64,000 bases of DNA from Narcine bancroftii (GCF_036971445.1 NC_091470.1:139934001-139998000), one strand, 5' to 3'. Shown: positions 1-12,804, counted from the stretch's first letter. Numbers and translations: made by a program. Notes: generated by a model not told the origin, from the letters alone.

Positions 1-3000
1 TCCCACTGCTCTACAACACACCGCCAGACCTCTCTGCTCTACAACACATCCCCAAATCCCCCTGTTCTACAACACTCTGCTTTACAACACTCCCCCAGAT
101 CCCTGTGCTCTACAACACTCCCCCAGATCCCTCTGCTCTACAACACTCCACCAGATCCCTCTGCTTTACAACACTCCTCCAGATCCCTCTGCTCCACGAC
201 ACACCCCAGACCAACCTGTTCTACAACACTTCCCCAGATCCCTCTGCTTCACAACACTCCCCCAGATCCCTCTGCTCTACGACACACCCCAGACCAACTT
301 GTTCTACAACACATCGCCAGATACCTCTGCTCTACAACACACCCCCAGATCAACCTGTTCAACAACACTCTCCCAGATCCCTCTGTTGTACAACACTCCC
401 GCAGATCCCTCTGCTCCACAACACTCCCCAGATCTCTCTATTCCACAACACTCTGCCTGGATCCATTTGCTCTACCAAACACACCCAGATCCCTCTGTTC
501 TACAACACACCGCCTGATCCCTCTGCTCCACAACACAGCCCCAGATCCCTGTGTTCTACAACACTCCCCCAGTTACCTCTGCTCCACAACACAACCCAGA
601 CTAACCTGTTCTACAAAACTCCACTAGATCCCCCTGCTCTACAACACCCCCCCAGATCCATCTGTTCTACAACACTCCCCCGGATCCCTCTGCTTTGCAA
701 CACTCCCCCAGATCCCTCTGCTCTACAACACTCCCCAGATCTGTCTGCTCTACAACCCTACCTCAGATACCTCTGCTCTACAACACAGCCCCAGATCCCT
801 CTGCTCTACAACACTCCCCCAGATCCCTCTGTTCTACAACACTCCCCCAGATCCCTATGCTCTACAACACTCCAACAGATCTCTCTGCTTTACAACACTC
901 CCCCAGATCCCTGTGGTCTACAACACTCCCCCAGATCCCTCTGATCTACAACACTCCCCCGGATCCCTCTGCTCCATGACACACCCCAGACAAACCTGTT
1001 CTACAACACTCCCCCAGATCCCTCTGCTCTAGAACACTCCCCCAGATCCCTCTGTTCTACAACACTCCCCCGGATCCCTCTGCTCCACAACACACCCCAG
1101 ACCAACCTGTGCTACAACACTCCCCAGATTCGTCTGCTCTACAACACTCCCCAGATCTCTCTGCTCTACAACCCTACCTCAGATACCTCTGCCCTACAAC
1201 ACAGCCCCAGATCCCTCTGTTCTACAACATTCCCCCAGATCCCTCTGTTCTACAACACTCCCCCGGATCCCACTGCTCCACAACACACCCCAGACCAACC
1301 TGTTCTACAACACTCCCCAGATTCGTCTGCTCTACAACACTCCCCAGATCTCTCTGCTCTACAACCCTACCTCAGATACCTCTGCCCTACAACACAGCCC
1401 CAGATCCCTCTGTTCTACAACACTCCCCCAGATCCCTCTGTTCTACAATACTCCCCCGGATCCCTCTACTTCACAACATCCCCCAGATCCCTCTGCTCTA
1501 CAACACACCCGCAGATCCGTCTGCTCTACAACACTCCCCCAGATCCCTCTGCTCTACGACACACCCCAGACCAACTTGTTCTACAACACACCGCCAGATA
1601 CCTCTGCTCTACAACACACCCCCAGATCAACCTGTTCAACAACACTTTCCCAGATCCCTCTGTTCTGCAACACTCCCCCAGATCCCTCTGCTTCACAACA
1701 CTCCCCCAGATCCGTCTGCTCTACAACACTCCCGCAGATCCGTCTGCTCTGCAACACTCCCCCAGATCCCTCTGTTCTACAACACTCCCCCAGATACCTC
1801 TGCTCTGCAACCCTCCCTCAGATCCCTCTGCTCTACAACACACCGCCAGATCTCTCTGCTTTACAACACATCCCCAAATACCCCTGTTCTACAACACTCC
1901 CGCATATCTCTCTGCTTTACAACACTCCCCCAGATCCCTCTGTTCTACAACACTCCCCCGGATCCCTCTGCTTTACAACACTCCCCCAGATCCCTCTGCT
2001 CTACAACACTCCCCCAGATCCCTCTGTTCTACAACACTCCCCCGGATCCCTCTGCTCCACAACACACCCCAGACCAACCTGTTCTACAACACTCCTCCAG
2101 ATCCCTCTGCTCTACAACACTGCCGCAGATCCGTCTGCTCTACAACACTCCCCCAGATCCCTCTGCTCTACGACACACCCCAGACCAACATGTTCTACAA
2201 CACACCGCCAGATACCTCTGCTCTATAACACACCCCCAGATCAACCTGTTCAACAATACTCTCCCAGATCTCCCTATTCTACAACACTCCGCCTGGATCC
2301 ATTTGCTCTACCAAACACACCCAGATCTCTCTGTCCTACAACACACCGCCAGATCCGTCTGCTCCACAACACAGCCCAAGATCCCTCTGTTCTACAACAC
2401 TCCCCCAGATCCCTCTGTTCTACAACACTCCCCCGGATCCCTCTGCTCTACAACACTCCCCCAGATCCCTCTGCTCTACAACACTCCCCCAGATCCCTCT
2501 GTTCTACAACACTCCCCCGGATCCCTCTGCTCCACAACACACCCCAGACCAACCTGTTCTACAACACTCCTCCAGATCCCTCTGCTCTACAACACTGCCG
2601 CAGATCCGTCTGCTCTACAACACTCCCCCAGATCCCTCTGCTCTATGACACACCCCAGACCAACATGTTCTACAACACACCGCCAAATACCTCTGCTCTA
2701 TAACACACCCCCAGATCAACCTGTTCAACAATTCTCTCCCAGATCTCCCTATTCTACAACACTCTGCCTGGATCCATTTGCTCTACCAAACACACCCAGA
2801 TCCCTCTGTCCTACAACACACCGCCAGATCCGTCTGCTCCACAACACAGCCCAAGATCCCTGTGTTCTACAACACTCCCCCAGATCCCTCTGCTCTACGA
2901 CACACCCCAGACCAACATGTTCTACAACACACCGCCAGATACCTCTGCTCTATAACACACCCCCAGATCAACCTGTTCAACAATACTCTCCCAGATCTCC

Positions 3001-4320
3001 CTATTCTACAACACTCCGCCTGGATCCATTTGCTCTACCAAACACACCCAGATCTCTCTGTCCTACAACACACCGCCAGATCCGTCTGCTCCACAACACA
3101 GCCCAAGATCCCTCTGTTCTACAACACTCCCCCAGATCCCTCTGTTCTACAACACTCCCCCGGATCCCTCTGCTTTACAACACTCCCCCAGATCCCTCTG
3201 CTCTACAACACTCCCCCAGATCCCTCTGTTCTACAACACTCCCCCGGATCCCTCTGCTCCACAACACACCCCAGACCAACCTGTTCTACAACACTCCTCC
3301 AGATCCCTCTGCTCTACAACACTGCCGCAGATCCGTCTGCTCTACAACACTCCCCCAGATCCCTCTGCTCTACGACACACCCCAGACCAACATGTCCTAC
3401 AACACACCGCCAGATCCGTCTGCTCCACAACACAGCCCAAGATCCCTCTGTTCTACAACACTCCCCCAGATCCCTCTGTTCTACAACACTCCCCCGGATC
3501 CCTCTGCTTTACAACACTCCCCCAGATCCCTCTGCTCTACAACACTCCCCCAGATCCCTCTGTTCTACAACACTCCCCCGGATCCCTCTGCTCCACAACA
3601 CACCCCAGACCAACCTGTTCTACAACACTCCTCCAGATCCCTCTGCTCTACAACACTGCCGCAGATCCGTCTGCTCTACAACACTCCCCCAGATCCCTCT
3701 GCTCTATGACACACCCCAGACCAACATGTTCTACAACACACCGCCAAATACCTCTGCTCTATAACACACCCCCAGATCAACCTGTTCAACAATTCTCTCC
3801 CAGATCTCCCTATTCTACAACACTCTGCCTGGATCCATTTGCTCTACCAAACACACCCAGATCCCTCTGTCCTACAACACACCGCCAGATCCGTCTGCTC
3901 CACAACACAGCCCAAGATCCCTGTGTTCTACAACACTCCCCCAGATACCTCTGCTCTACAATCCTCCCTCAAATCCCTCTGCTCTACAATTCAGCCCCAG
4001 ATCCCTCTATTCTAAAAGACCCCCCACATAGCTCTGCTCTACAACCCTCCCTTAGATCCCTCTGCTCTACAACACACCGTCAGATACTTCTGCTCTACAA
4101 CACATCCCCAAATCCCCCTGTTCTACAACACTCCTTCAGATCTCTCTGCTTTACAGCACTCCGCCAGATCCCTCTGCTCTACAACACTCCCCCTGATCCC
4201 TCTGTTCTACAACACACGGCCAGATCCGTCTGCTCTACAACACACCTCAAGATCCCTGTGTTCTACAACACTCCCCCTGGATCCCTCTGCTCTACAACAT
4301 TCCTCAAGATCCCTACCACT
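1..4320. repeat. 28-bp unit tandem satellite (consensus ~CTACAACACTCCCCCAGATCCCTCTGCT) with higher-order variant blocks
   Basis: TACAACAC recurs at 111, 139, 167 and onward (28-bp period). The variant unit CTGGATCCATTTGCTCTACCAAAC recurs at ~457, 2293, 2768, 3020 and 3829. The array runs off the window start. Confidence 0.97.
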
Positions 4321-4647
4321 GAATGCGAAGATCCTACCACGTTAAACTTCCCAAAATGTAAACCCTTCACATTGGGGGAGATCCCGTTCATTCAATGGGT
4401 GAATCCTACGCATATTGTACATCCACTCGATCTAGGTTCACTTTCTCTCGGCACGTTCACCCTCTCCTGATTGTGTAGACGCCCACCAGATCACCCCCTC
4501 CTCTCCAGCGCTCCATGGTACAAAGCTCTAGACTTTTCCACTCCTCCCCGAGTCCAGGCAAAGGGAAAATTCAACCCGTGTGCATCTGTGAAGCGTAGAT
4601 ACGTTCGCCCTGGTTCTCGATCCCACCCCGGGCTCCGAGCGCCGGGA

Positions 4648-4686
4648 TGTTTTTGTACGAACACGCAATCTGATTGTAACACAGTG
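4648..4686 (-). promoter_or_regulatory. 23-bp-spacer recombination signal sequence (RAG target)
   Basis: Minus strand: heptamer CACTGTG (4686-4680), 23-nt spacer (4679-4657), nonamer ACAAAAACA (4656-4648). Confidence 0.87.
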
Positions 4687-4700
4687 GCTCCCGCTGTTCC
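4687..4700 (-). other. Antigen-receptor diversity (D) gene segment, GGAACAGCGGGAGC, 5' 12-RSS / 3' 23-RSS (TRBD/TRDD-like)
   Basis: 14 bp bracketed by two outward-facing RSSs with exact 12 and 23 spacers. It is G-rich, open in all three frames (GTAG/EQRE/NSGS) and resembles TRBD cores (GGGACAGGGGGC). Strand is inferred from the 12/23 order. Confidence 0.85.
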
Positions 4701-4728
4701 CACGGTGAAAGAAAGTCGTACAAAAAAA
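4701..4728 (+). promoter_or_regulatory. 12-bp-spacer recombination signal sequence (RAG target)
   Basis: Heptamer CACGGTG (4701-4707), 12-nt spacer AAAGAAAGTCGT, nonamer ACAAAAAAA (4720-4728, followed by CC). Confidence 0.85.
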
Positions 4729-4819
4729 CCATGACTATGTGAGAAACGGACCAGCCAACTCGTTAACACGAAGCATGTGACGTGCAGGGACAGTAAGACC
4801 ACCCTTGGTGTCGTGCATC

Positions 4820-4970
4820 CAATAGGCGCAGGAGTAGGCCATTTGGCACCTCGAGCCAGCCGCCGCCATTCACTGGGATCAAAGCTGGCTGTCTACAGTC
4901 AGCCCCACCGTTTCTGCCCTCTCCCCCACCCCATCCCCTGACTCCACTATTCTTGTGAGCTCTATCTGCC
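4820..4970 (-). mobile_element. CR1 LINE/SINE 3' tail fragment
   Basis: ATAGGCGCAGGAGTAGGCCATTTGG... resembles the CR1 3' ends at 10080 and (reverse) 11735-11760. Confidence 0.6.
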
Positions 4971-5310
4971 CTCTCTCCCCTTTTCTCCCCTCTTTCTCTC
5001 TTTTTCTCCCCCTCTCTCCCACCCTCACTCTCTTTCCCTTTCTGCCATCTCTCCTCTCTCTCCTCCTCTGTCTCACACTCTCTTCCCTCTCTCACGCCTC
5101 TCTCCCTCTCTCCCACCCTTACTCTCTCCACCTTTATCCCCCTCTCTCCTCTCTCTCACGTCTCTCTCCTGTGTTCCTAGCCCTCTCCCCCTCTTTCTCC
5201 TCTCTCTGTCCCACCCTCACTCTCTCTCCCCTCTCCTTCCCCTATTTCTCCTTTTCTCTTCCACCCTCAGCCTCTCTTCCCCGTTCTCCCCCTCTCTCTC
5301 CCCTCTATGA
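4965..5310. repeat. CT-rich polypyrimidine low-complexity tract
   Basis: Almost purely C/T sequence. Confidence 0.95.
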
Positions 5311-6140
5311 ATAAAATTCCATCCACCTTACCCACCACTCTCAGTTAGTAATTATAAAATGTACTCAATGAATATTATATATGTTAATAATATATATGTA
5401 CAAGTGGATGTTTTCCTTCTTTTGGAGGGAGGAGGGTTGAGGATAAAATTAAAAAATATAATTGCATCATTATTAATCCGCCATAGTCCCACTAAGACCC
5501 ACAACAAAATGTGCTTTTACTCCGTTCGCTCGCAAAACCATCTGTGACGGCGCCCTCCACAAAAATCAATGGGTGAGCGATCTTCTCGAGGCCCTGAGAT
5601 GGGCCTTCCATTTTCACCTCCGTTGAGGGAAAAGCTCTAGCCCATGCAAGGAAGGGGGAGGGAGGTCGATCGCCTGGGCTCCAACTGAGGCCTGGCTCTG
5701 GCAATTCTCTAATGAGGTCTGTTTTGAAGTGTTTGCATCGGTTTGCGACCTGCACTAAAAAACCCGCCCCCGCCATCACAATCCCCCTTCCAAAAACACA
5801 TCGATCCTTCATATAAAATGTAACATCATCGGTATAAAATTTTGCGTTCTTCAGATGAGCTTTAACTGAGGTCAGGAAATGTCCATAAATTACTTGGGGT
5901 GGAGGGAGGGGGTGGGGGGTGGGGGAAATGAGGTCTTGTTCCTAAAACAAGATCGAAATTGAAACTTGAGCGGCACAATTGAAGTTTATTAATCGAATGT
6001 TTGAATCACAATAATCTTTAAGCCGGGCTAAAATTCAAATGGCCCAAATTCACGAACAAAGAAAGGAACAGTTTATTTATAAATGGATTCCTCAACCTTT
6101 GCAAAATTATAATTTACCGATGTTAAAACATTTTATGGAA

Positions 6141-7555
6141 TTATATAACCATATAGAAATTTACAGTACAGAAACAGGCCATCTCGGCCCTTCTAGTCCA
6201 CACCGATTTACGTGAAACGCCACTAGTCCCACCTAACCGCTCCCTTTTCCATCACCCTCCAACCCCCGCACATCCATGTACTCATCCAACCTCCTCTTAA
6301 ATGACAGAATTGAACCTGCTGCAAACACGTCTTCCGGAAGGTCGTTCCACTCATCCACCACTCTCTGAGTGAAGAAGCATCCTCTTATGTTACTCTTAAA
6401 GTTTTGTCCCCTAATGCTTAACTTATGACTCGTCATTCCAATCTTCCCTACTTTCAGGAGAAAGAGCCTATTTACAAGTACTCTATTGCCCTCATAATTC
6501 TAAATACCTCTATCAAATTCCCTCTCAACCTTCTACTCTCCAATGAATAAAGTCGCAGTCTACTCAATCCTTCTCCGTATTCAAGATAATGCAATCCAGG
6601 CAACATTTTTGTAAACCTTCTTTGCACCATCTCTACCTTATTAATATCCTTCCTATAATTTGGAGACCAGTACTACCCACAATATTCCAAACTTGGCCTC
6701 ATCAATGCCTTAAATAGTCTCAACATCACCTCCCAGCTTCTATATTCTATGCTATGATTTATGAAGGCCAGCATACCAAAAGCCTTTACCACCCTATCTA
6801 CATAGGAATCTACCTTCAAGGAACGATGAACTGTTATTCCAAGATCCCTCTGTTCCTCTGCATTCCTCAATGCCCCCCTTCACTGCATACATCCTATTTT
6901 GGTTATTCTTCCAAAATGAAGCACCTCACACTTATTCTACATTAAACTCCATCTGCCACATTTCAGCCCACCTTCCTAAACAGTTCAAATCCTTCTGTAG
7001 TCCACGAAAACCCTCCACACTCTCCACCATTCCCCCTATTTTGGTATCATCCACATATTTACTCACCCAATTTATCACTCCATCATGCAAATCGTTAATA
7101 TAAATGAAGACACAACACTGATCCCTGAGGCACACTGCTCATCACCGGCCTCCTTCCTGACAGACAGTTGTCCACCAGGCCTCTCTGGCACCTATTATCC
7201 AGCCACCACTGAACCTATCCATAGAGACTGAACCTTCCTCACCAACCTTTCACGTGGAACCTTATGGAAAGCCTTACTGAAATCCAAACAGACCACATCA
7301 ACTGCTCTACCTTCATCAACCTTCCTGGTCTCCTCTTCAAAAAATTCAACAAGATTCGTCAAATACGACTTTCCCCTCACAAACCCACGTTGGGTGTCCC
7401 TGATCAATCCCTGCCTTTCCAGTTATTTATACATATTATCCCTATGAATTTCTTCCATTAGTTTCCCTACCACCGATGTTAACCTTACTGGCTGATAATT
7501 GCTTGGCCTACACCTTGCGCCCTTTATAAACAACGGAACCACGTTTGCAACCCGC
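6141..7555 (-). mobile_element. CR1 LINE, 5'-truncated, degraded RT and 3' tail
   Basis: Minus-strand peptides AVDVVCLDFSKAFHKVP, FIYINDL..SKYVDDTKIGG, EQRDLGITVHRSLKV and FFTQRVVDEWNDLP. Confidence 0.92.
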
Positions 7556-7689
7556 CAAAGACAAATGTTGCTATTGGAACTGAAGGTAAAATTTCAGCTA
7601 AAACTCCTTTGTATCAGAATAAGCTTTTATATTTTTCAATGAATAATCAATTCTTGAAAGTTTGGGAACAGAAAGGTTGAAGACTGTTA

Positions 7690-8810
7690 TTTTTAAAAAT
7701 ATTTTATTTGAAGTTTAAAATCACATAACCTAACAACATTAGTTACTACATTTTAATACAGATATAATGTGATTAATCGTTTTTATATATAAAAAACCCA
7801 ACCACCTCAACCACCCCACTAATACCCTCCCTCCTCCCTTCCCCACCTACAAAGGAGATCATTATCTAGTACAATCACTTTTAAAATCTATTGGCTGCAG
7901 GAACTGTGGCATCCATCGGAGCAGACCGAGAGATCAAATTCTAACATCAATGATTATCAGGTATAGGCTCCAAAATATTTGTCAGTCAAATTATATGCAA
8001 TCTTTTCAAAAGGAATACAGGCATTTATTTCATTATGCTATCTTTCCATCCCTAAATCCGAGTCAGATTTCCTTGTAATATCTAAACACTTTTGAGGAAC
8101 TGCCAAAGACAAACGAAAAAAAATCATTTTGATACATGTTCAATCTCAATCTTAAACTCATCGACTTAATAGCTCCTAGTAAAAACAACATTGGGTCAAA
8201 AGGTAAACTTACTTTTAATATCTGCTCTTAAAACAATTTACTTTGCAACTGCAAACTTTTAAGTCCATGTCGAATGTCCATGTCACTTCTAAAATATAAA
8301 TCTGAAGAACTAAGTTGAATATTTTTCAGTTTATGCAGAGTCAAGTACAATTGATGTAAGAAATTATACTGCACCAATCCATAACGTACATTGATTACCT
8401 TCGTCATGCTATCTTCACATAAATTTCTCCAAACATTTTCATCAATCTTTCTATCTAAATCCAATTCCCATTTCATTCTTGATTTATGAAGGTCTGGTAT
8501 ATTTTGTAACAACTTATACATTTCAGAAATGATTTTTTAAATCATCTTCAGTAAGTAATAATTCTAAAGAAGATTGTCTAGGTAATTTTAAATCATGACA
8601 CAATTATGCTTATAATTTTTTTAAAAACTTGATAATAACAAAATAAAGTGTTTGGAGGAATTTGAATGATCTTTCACGTGATTAAAAGCAAAATATTTCC
8701 CTGCTTCAAAGCAATCTTTAACATTCAATTCCTATTTTGTTTCATACTTTCAAAAACTGATTATTCACAGTAAAAGAAAAATGTTTATTCTGGTATAAAG
8801 GAGTTGAAGA
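7690..8810 (-). mobile_element. Old L1 ORF2 3' fragment
   Basis: Peptide KWELDL...INVRYGLVQYNFLHQLYLT is homologous to the L1 ORF2 C-terminus seen at 44500-44700. Confidence 0.75.
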
Positions 8811-9860
8811 CTGTCATGAAGCTGGATATTTTGTTTCATTTCAGTGTTTGAAGGAACAATATGGAATTTCTTCAAATACGTTGTTTGGTTATTATCAGGT
8901 GCATGCTTTGTCATTCAATAATTTTGGACGGAGTTTGAGATTACCTAGAAGGACTAGATTTGAAAGTTGAATTATAGGAGGTAAAAAGGGACATTACAGG
9001 AATGTATGCTTTATTGCAACATAAGTTACATGAGAAGAAGCTTCTTCGCTCAGAGAGTGGTGGCTGAGTGGAATGACCTTCTGGAAGAGGTGGTTGCAGC
9101 AGGGTCAATTCTGTCATTTAAGAGTAGGTTGGATGAGTACATGGATGGGGAGGGGGTTGGAGGGTCATGGACAGGAAACAGGTAGGTGGAACTAGTTTAG
9201 TTTCTCATAAATCAGTGTGGACTAGAAAGTGCGACATGGCATGTTTCCGGACTGTAATTGTTATATGGTTATAAGATACCTGTTGGATATTCATAAAGCG
9301 GGAAGTAAGTAGGACTGATCTGTCTGTTTCAATTTCTCAGGATGATTGGATGACAATACGTGAGGACAATGTGACTAAATTAGTAAATGTATGATACAGA
9401 TTAGTTCATTAAAATTCTATCTATCAAATACTTAACTCCTGAGAAGTTGAAGAGATATAGATTCATTTCCTCATAAATGCGTTTTCGATGTGGGGAACAG
9501 ATAGTTTTTTTTTTACATTCAGTATGGTTATGTGAGAAGATGAAACCCCCTTTCGAATTGAATTATGGAAATTTTGGAGGGGCTGTTTAAATGTAAGTTT
9601 TCATTAGATCCTTTAATATTTTTATTGGGATATAAATGGAGCTTGGAATTAAAATTGCATAAATTTCAATTTGTAATTATTCATTTGGCATTGGCAGTAA
9701 CTTGGAAGAATTAAATTGAATTAAGTATCCAAAGATGGCATATGGAACTGCGATCATGTATTCCATTGGAAAAGATAACAATTTTTCTAATAAGTATGCC
9801 TTTTTGTTAATATATGAAATATATAGGTTCCGATATGTAAGGATTGATTGGTGACATCGA
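8810..9860 (+). mobile_element. Old L1 ORF2 3' fragment interrupted by a CR1 tail
   Basis: Degraded L1 C-terminal motifs (CFRCG..FLHSVWLC; CIPLEKIT). Confidence 0.65.
9030..9273 (+). mobile_element. CR1 3' end fragment
   Basis: Closely matches the reverse complement of 6145-6380 and the direct copy at 12320-12555; ends TGTAATTGTTATATGGTTATA. Confidence 0.85.
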
Positions 9861-10069
9861 ACATGGCTATGGTGGTTTATTATATATATATTTCCTATAG
9901 TTTTGGGTTGTAGGGGACGGGAGGGAGATATATATGGGAGAAAATTATGTCCGTTTATACTTTGTATTTTATTGTGTTTTGATTTGTATACAAATGTGAA
10001 CTTGATTTGAATAGAAAGTGTTTGGAGAAATTTGTGCAAAGACAGTATGACTAAGGTTATAATTGTACA

Positions 10070-10520
10070 TAGAAAAACATAGGTGCAGGAGTAGGTCATT
10101 TGTCCCTTTAAGCCTACACCACCTGGTTCCTGGTTCCTGCTTTCTTCCCATACCTCTTGATCCACTGAGCCACAAGGGCCAAATCTAACCTACTCTTAAA
10201 TATTGACAAGGAACCGGCCTCAACTACTTCCTGTGGCCATGTTAATTCCGATCCACCACCCTCTGAGAGATTTTTTTCCTCATCTCAGTCCTAAAAAACT
10301 TCTCCCTTATCCTTAAAACGCACCCCCTCCATGGCGAGGATGTTCTTCCTCAGATAAGGAGATCAAAACTGTATGCAGTACTCCAGATGTGGTCTCACCA
10401 AGGCCCTGTACAGCCGTAGGAGGATCTCTATACTCCTGTACGCAAATCCTCTTGCTATGAATGCCAACGTAGCATTCACCTTCCTCATTGCCTGTTGCAC
10501 CTACACACCCACTTTCAATG
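10070..10520 (-). mobile_element. CR1 fragment (3' end plus internal RT piece)
   Basis: ATAGGTGCAGGAGTAGGTCATT tail; CAGTACTCCAGATGTGGTCTCACC encodes VRPHLEYC on the minus strand. Confidence 0.75.
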
Positions 10521-10984
10521 ATATAGACTAGTACAAATATTTTATTTTAACACTAATTGTATTTGAACTCTTCAGAAATTAAAGAAATTTGAATTATGTT
10601 TTTAGATTTATGTTTTAGGTGTGGACAAGAAATAGGTACCTTTTAAAAATATTTAATTATTTGCATCATTGCAGTGAAAAATATGAATAAAACTAATCAA
10701 ATATCCATAGCCAATGTTACAAAAAAGTAATTTTCTCCCCATTGCCCCTCCCACCTATTTAAACATCTACCATTTAATATACAATAATATTATCATAGTC
10801 AATCATTAATTGTTATTTAAAATTTACCAATTAAGAGGTGTTGATAAGATAGAAAGAGGTGGATGGAAAAATTATCCATAGTTTTACAAATACTATAAAA
10901 GTTTTCAACTCGATTCCTTAAACTATGATTTTTATTTTTCAAAGGAGTATAATTTTGTGTCTCATTGTACTAGCTATAGAGACA

Positions 10985-11765
10985 GATTAGGAGACTGGGA
11001 AAAATTATGGTAGATGAGATTTAAAATAGAGAATGTACAGTTGTATATTTTGGCAGTGGAAACAAACAGACAGAATAGTATTCAGACCTCGGATTTGCAA
11101 AGGGACCTGGGAGTCCTCGTTCAAGGAAACCTAAAAGTTAATGACCAGGTGAAATTGGTGGTGAAGATAATGAATCCTTTATTGGCATTCATTTCAAGAG
11201 GAATAGTGTACAAGTGTAAAGAGGTGCTGATGAGGCTCTATGGGGAACTGGTGAGACCTCCCTGTGTGCAGCTTTGGGCCCCCTATCTTAGAAAGGATGT
11301 GATGTTGTTGGAGATGGTGCAGAGGAGATTTACAGGATGATTCCTGGAATGCAAGGCCTAATGTACGAGGAGCATTTTGCAGCTCCTGGGTTGTATTCAT
11401 TGGAGTATTGGAGAATGAGAGAAGATCTCAGAGAGGATTTTCGTATTTAAATAGGGTGGATGTGGTAAGATGTTTCCCTTAGTGGGTGAATCGAGGACAA
11501 GGGGTCAGAGTCTGAAAATTGGAGGTTATCCATATAAAACAGAGATTAAGAAGAACTTCTTTAGCCAGAGGGCCGTGGATCTGTGGAACTAACTGCTGCA
11601 TACAGCAGTGGAAGCCAGATCACTAGGAGTATTTAAACAAGAAATAGAAAAGTATCTCAAGAGTGAGGGCATCAAGGGATATGGAGAAAAGGCCAGAAAT
11701 TACAACTAGTGTGGTTGTACAGAACAGACTCGATGGGCCTAGTGGCCTGCTTCTGTTCCTTGTGA
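10985..11765 (+). mobile_element. CR1 RT C-terminal fragment
   Basis: QRDLGVLVQ..LAFISRGIVYK..CVQLWAPYLRKDV..VQRRFT. Confidence 0.88.
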
Positions 11766-11829
11766 TCTATTTCTCCATCGATACATTCCTTTGTGGTTGC
11801 TATTGCAAGAATTTCGTGGAAAAAAATAG

Positions 11830-12555
11830 GACATATGCAGTGAAGGGGAGGGCGTTGAGGGACGGGGAGATGTTGGAATAATAGTTCATCATTCTTTGAA
11901 AGTGCATTCTCATGTAGATAGGGTGGTGAAGAAGGCTTTTAGTATGCTGGCCTTTATAAGTCATAGCATAGAATAAAGGAGCTGGGAGGTGATGTTGAGA
12001 CTGTTTCAGGCATTGGTGCGGCCAAGTTTGGAATATTATGTGCGGTTCTGGTCACCAAATTATAGGAAGGATATCAATAAGGTAGAGAAGATGTTGTCTG
12101 GTTTGCAGTATCTAGAATACAGAAAAAAGATCGGGTGGACTAGGTCTTTATTCACTGGAGCGTAGAATGTTGAGGGGGAATTTGATAGAGATATTTAAAA
12201 TTATGAGGCGAATAGATAGAGTAGATGTGAATAGGCGGTTCCACTTGAGGGTAGGTGAGATTGGAACGAGGGGTCATACGTTAAAGGTTAGGGGGCAAAA
12301 CTTTAGAAGTATCATAAGAGGAAGGTTCTTCACTTAGAGAGTGGTAGCTGAGTGGAACGACATTCTGGAAGAGGTGGTTGCAGCAGGGCCAATTCTATCA
12401 TTTAAGAGGATGTTGGATGAGTACATGGATGTGCGGGGGTTGGAGGGTTATTGGTAAGGAGCGGGTAGGTGGAACTAGTGGAGTTCACTTAAATCAGTGC
12501 AGACTAGAGGGGCCGAGATGGCCTGTTTCCTCACTGTAATTGTTATATGGTTATA
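11830..12555 (+). mobile_element. CR1 RT C-terminal fragment with 3' tail
   Basis: Same family as 6141-7555, in the opposite orientation. Confidence 0.88.
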
Positions 12556-12804
12556 TTTAAATCTTTCTCCCATCGTAATTTTGATTCATATATCTCTCGT
12601 TCAGTTTCTTGTAAATGTACATACATATTGGCAATAAATTTCTTGGGAATAAATGGATCTGTTATTATACTTTCAAACTGACTTCGTTCCGGGAATCTCA
12701 TACTGTTCCTAACTTAAATGTGATTTAACCCCATTTTGAAGATGGGCTATGAGTTCTGAGTTCAATGTCCTTCCGCCGTATAATTTTCTGCCTCAGATAA
12801 GGGG

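Noticed and set aside
1-4320. CRISPR-like regular repeats
   Set aside because: Units are contiguous with no unique spacers, there are no cas genes, and the context is eukaryotic.
105-4470. Long ORFs (up to 866 aa) in the satellite
   Set aside because: They arise from a stop-free 28-bp unit cycling through all three frames; all frames give the same peptides.
5540-5567. ATCTGTG-12 nt-ACAAAAATC, RSS-like
   Set aside because: The heptamer lacks the essential CAC and there is no adjacent coding segment.
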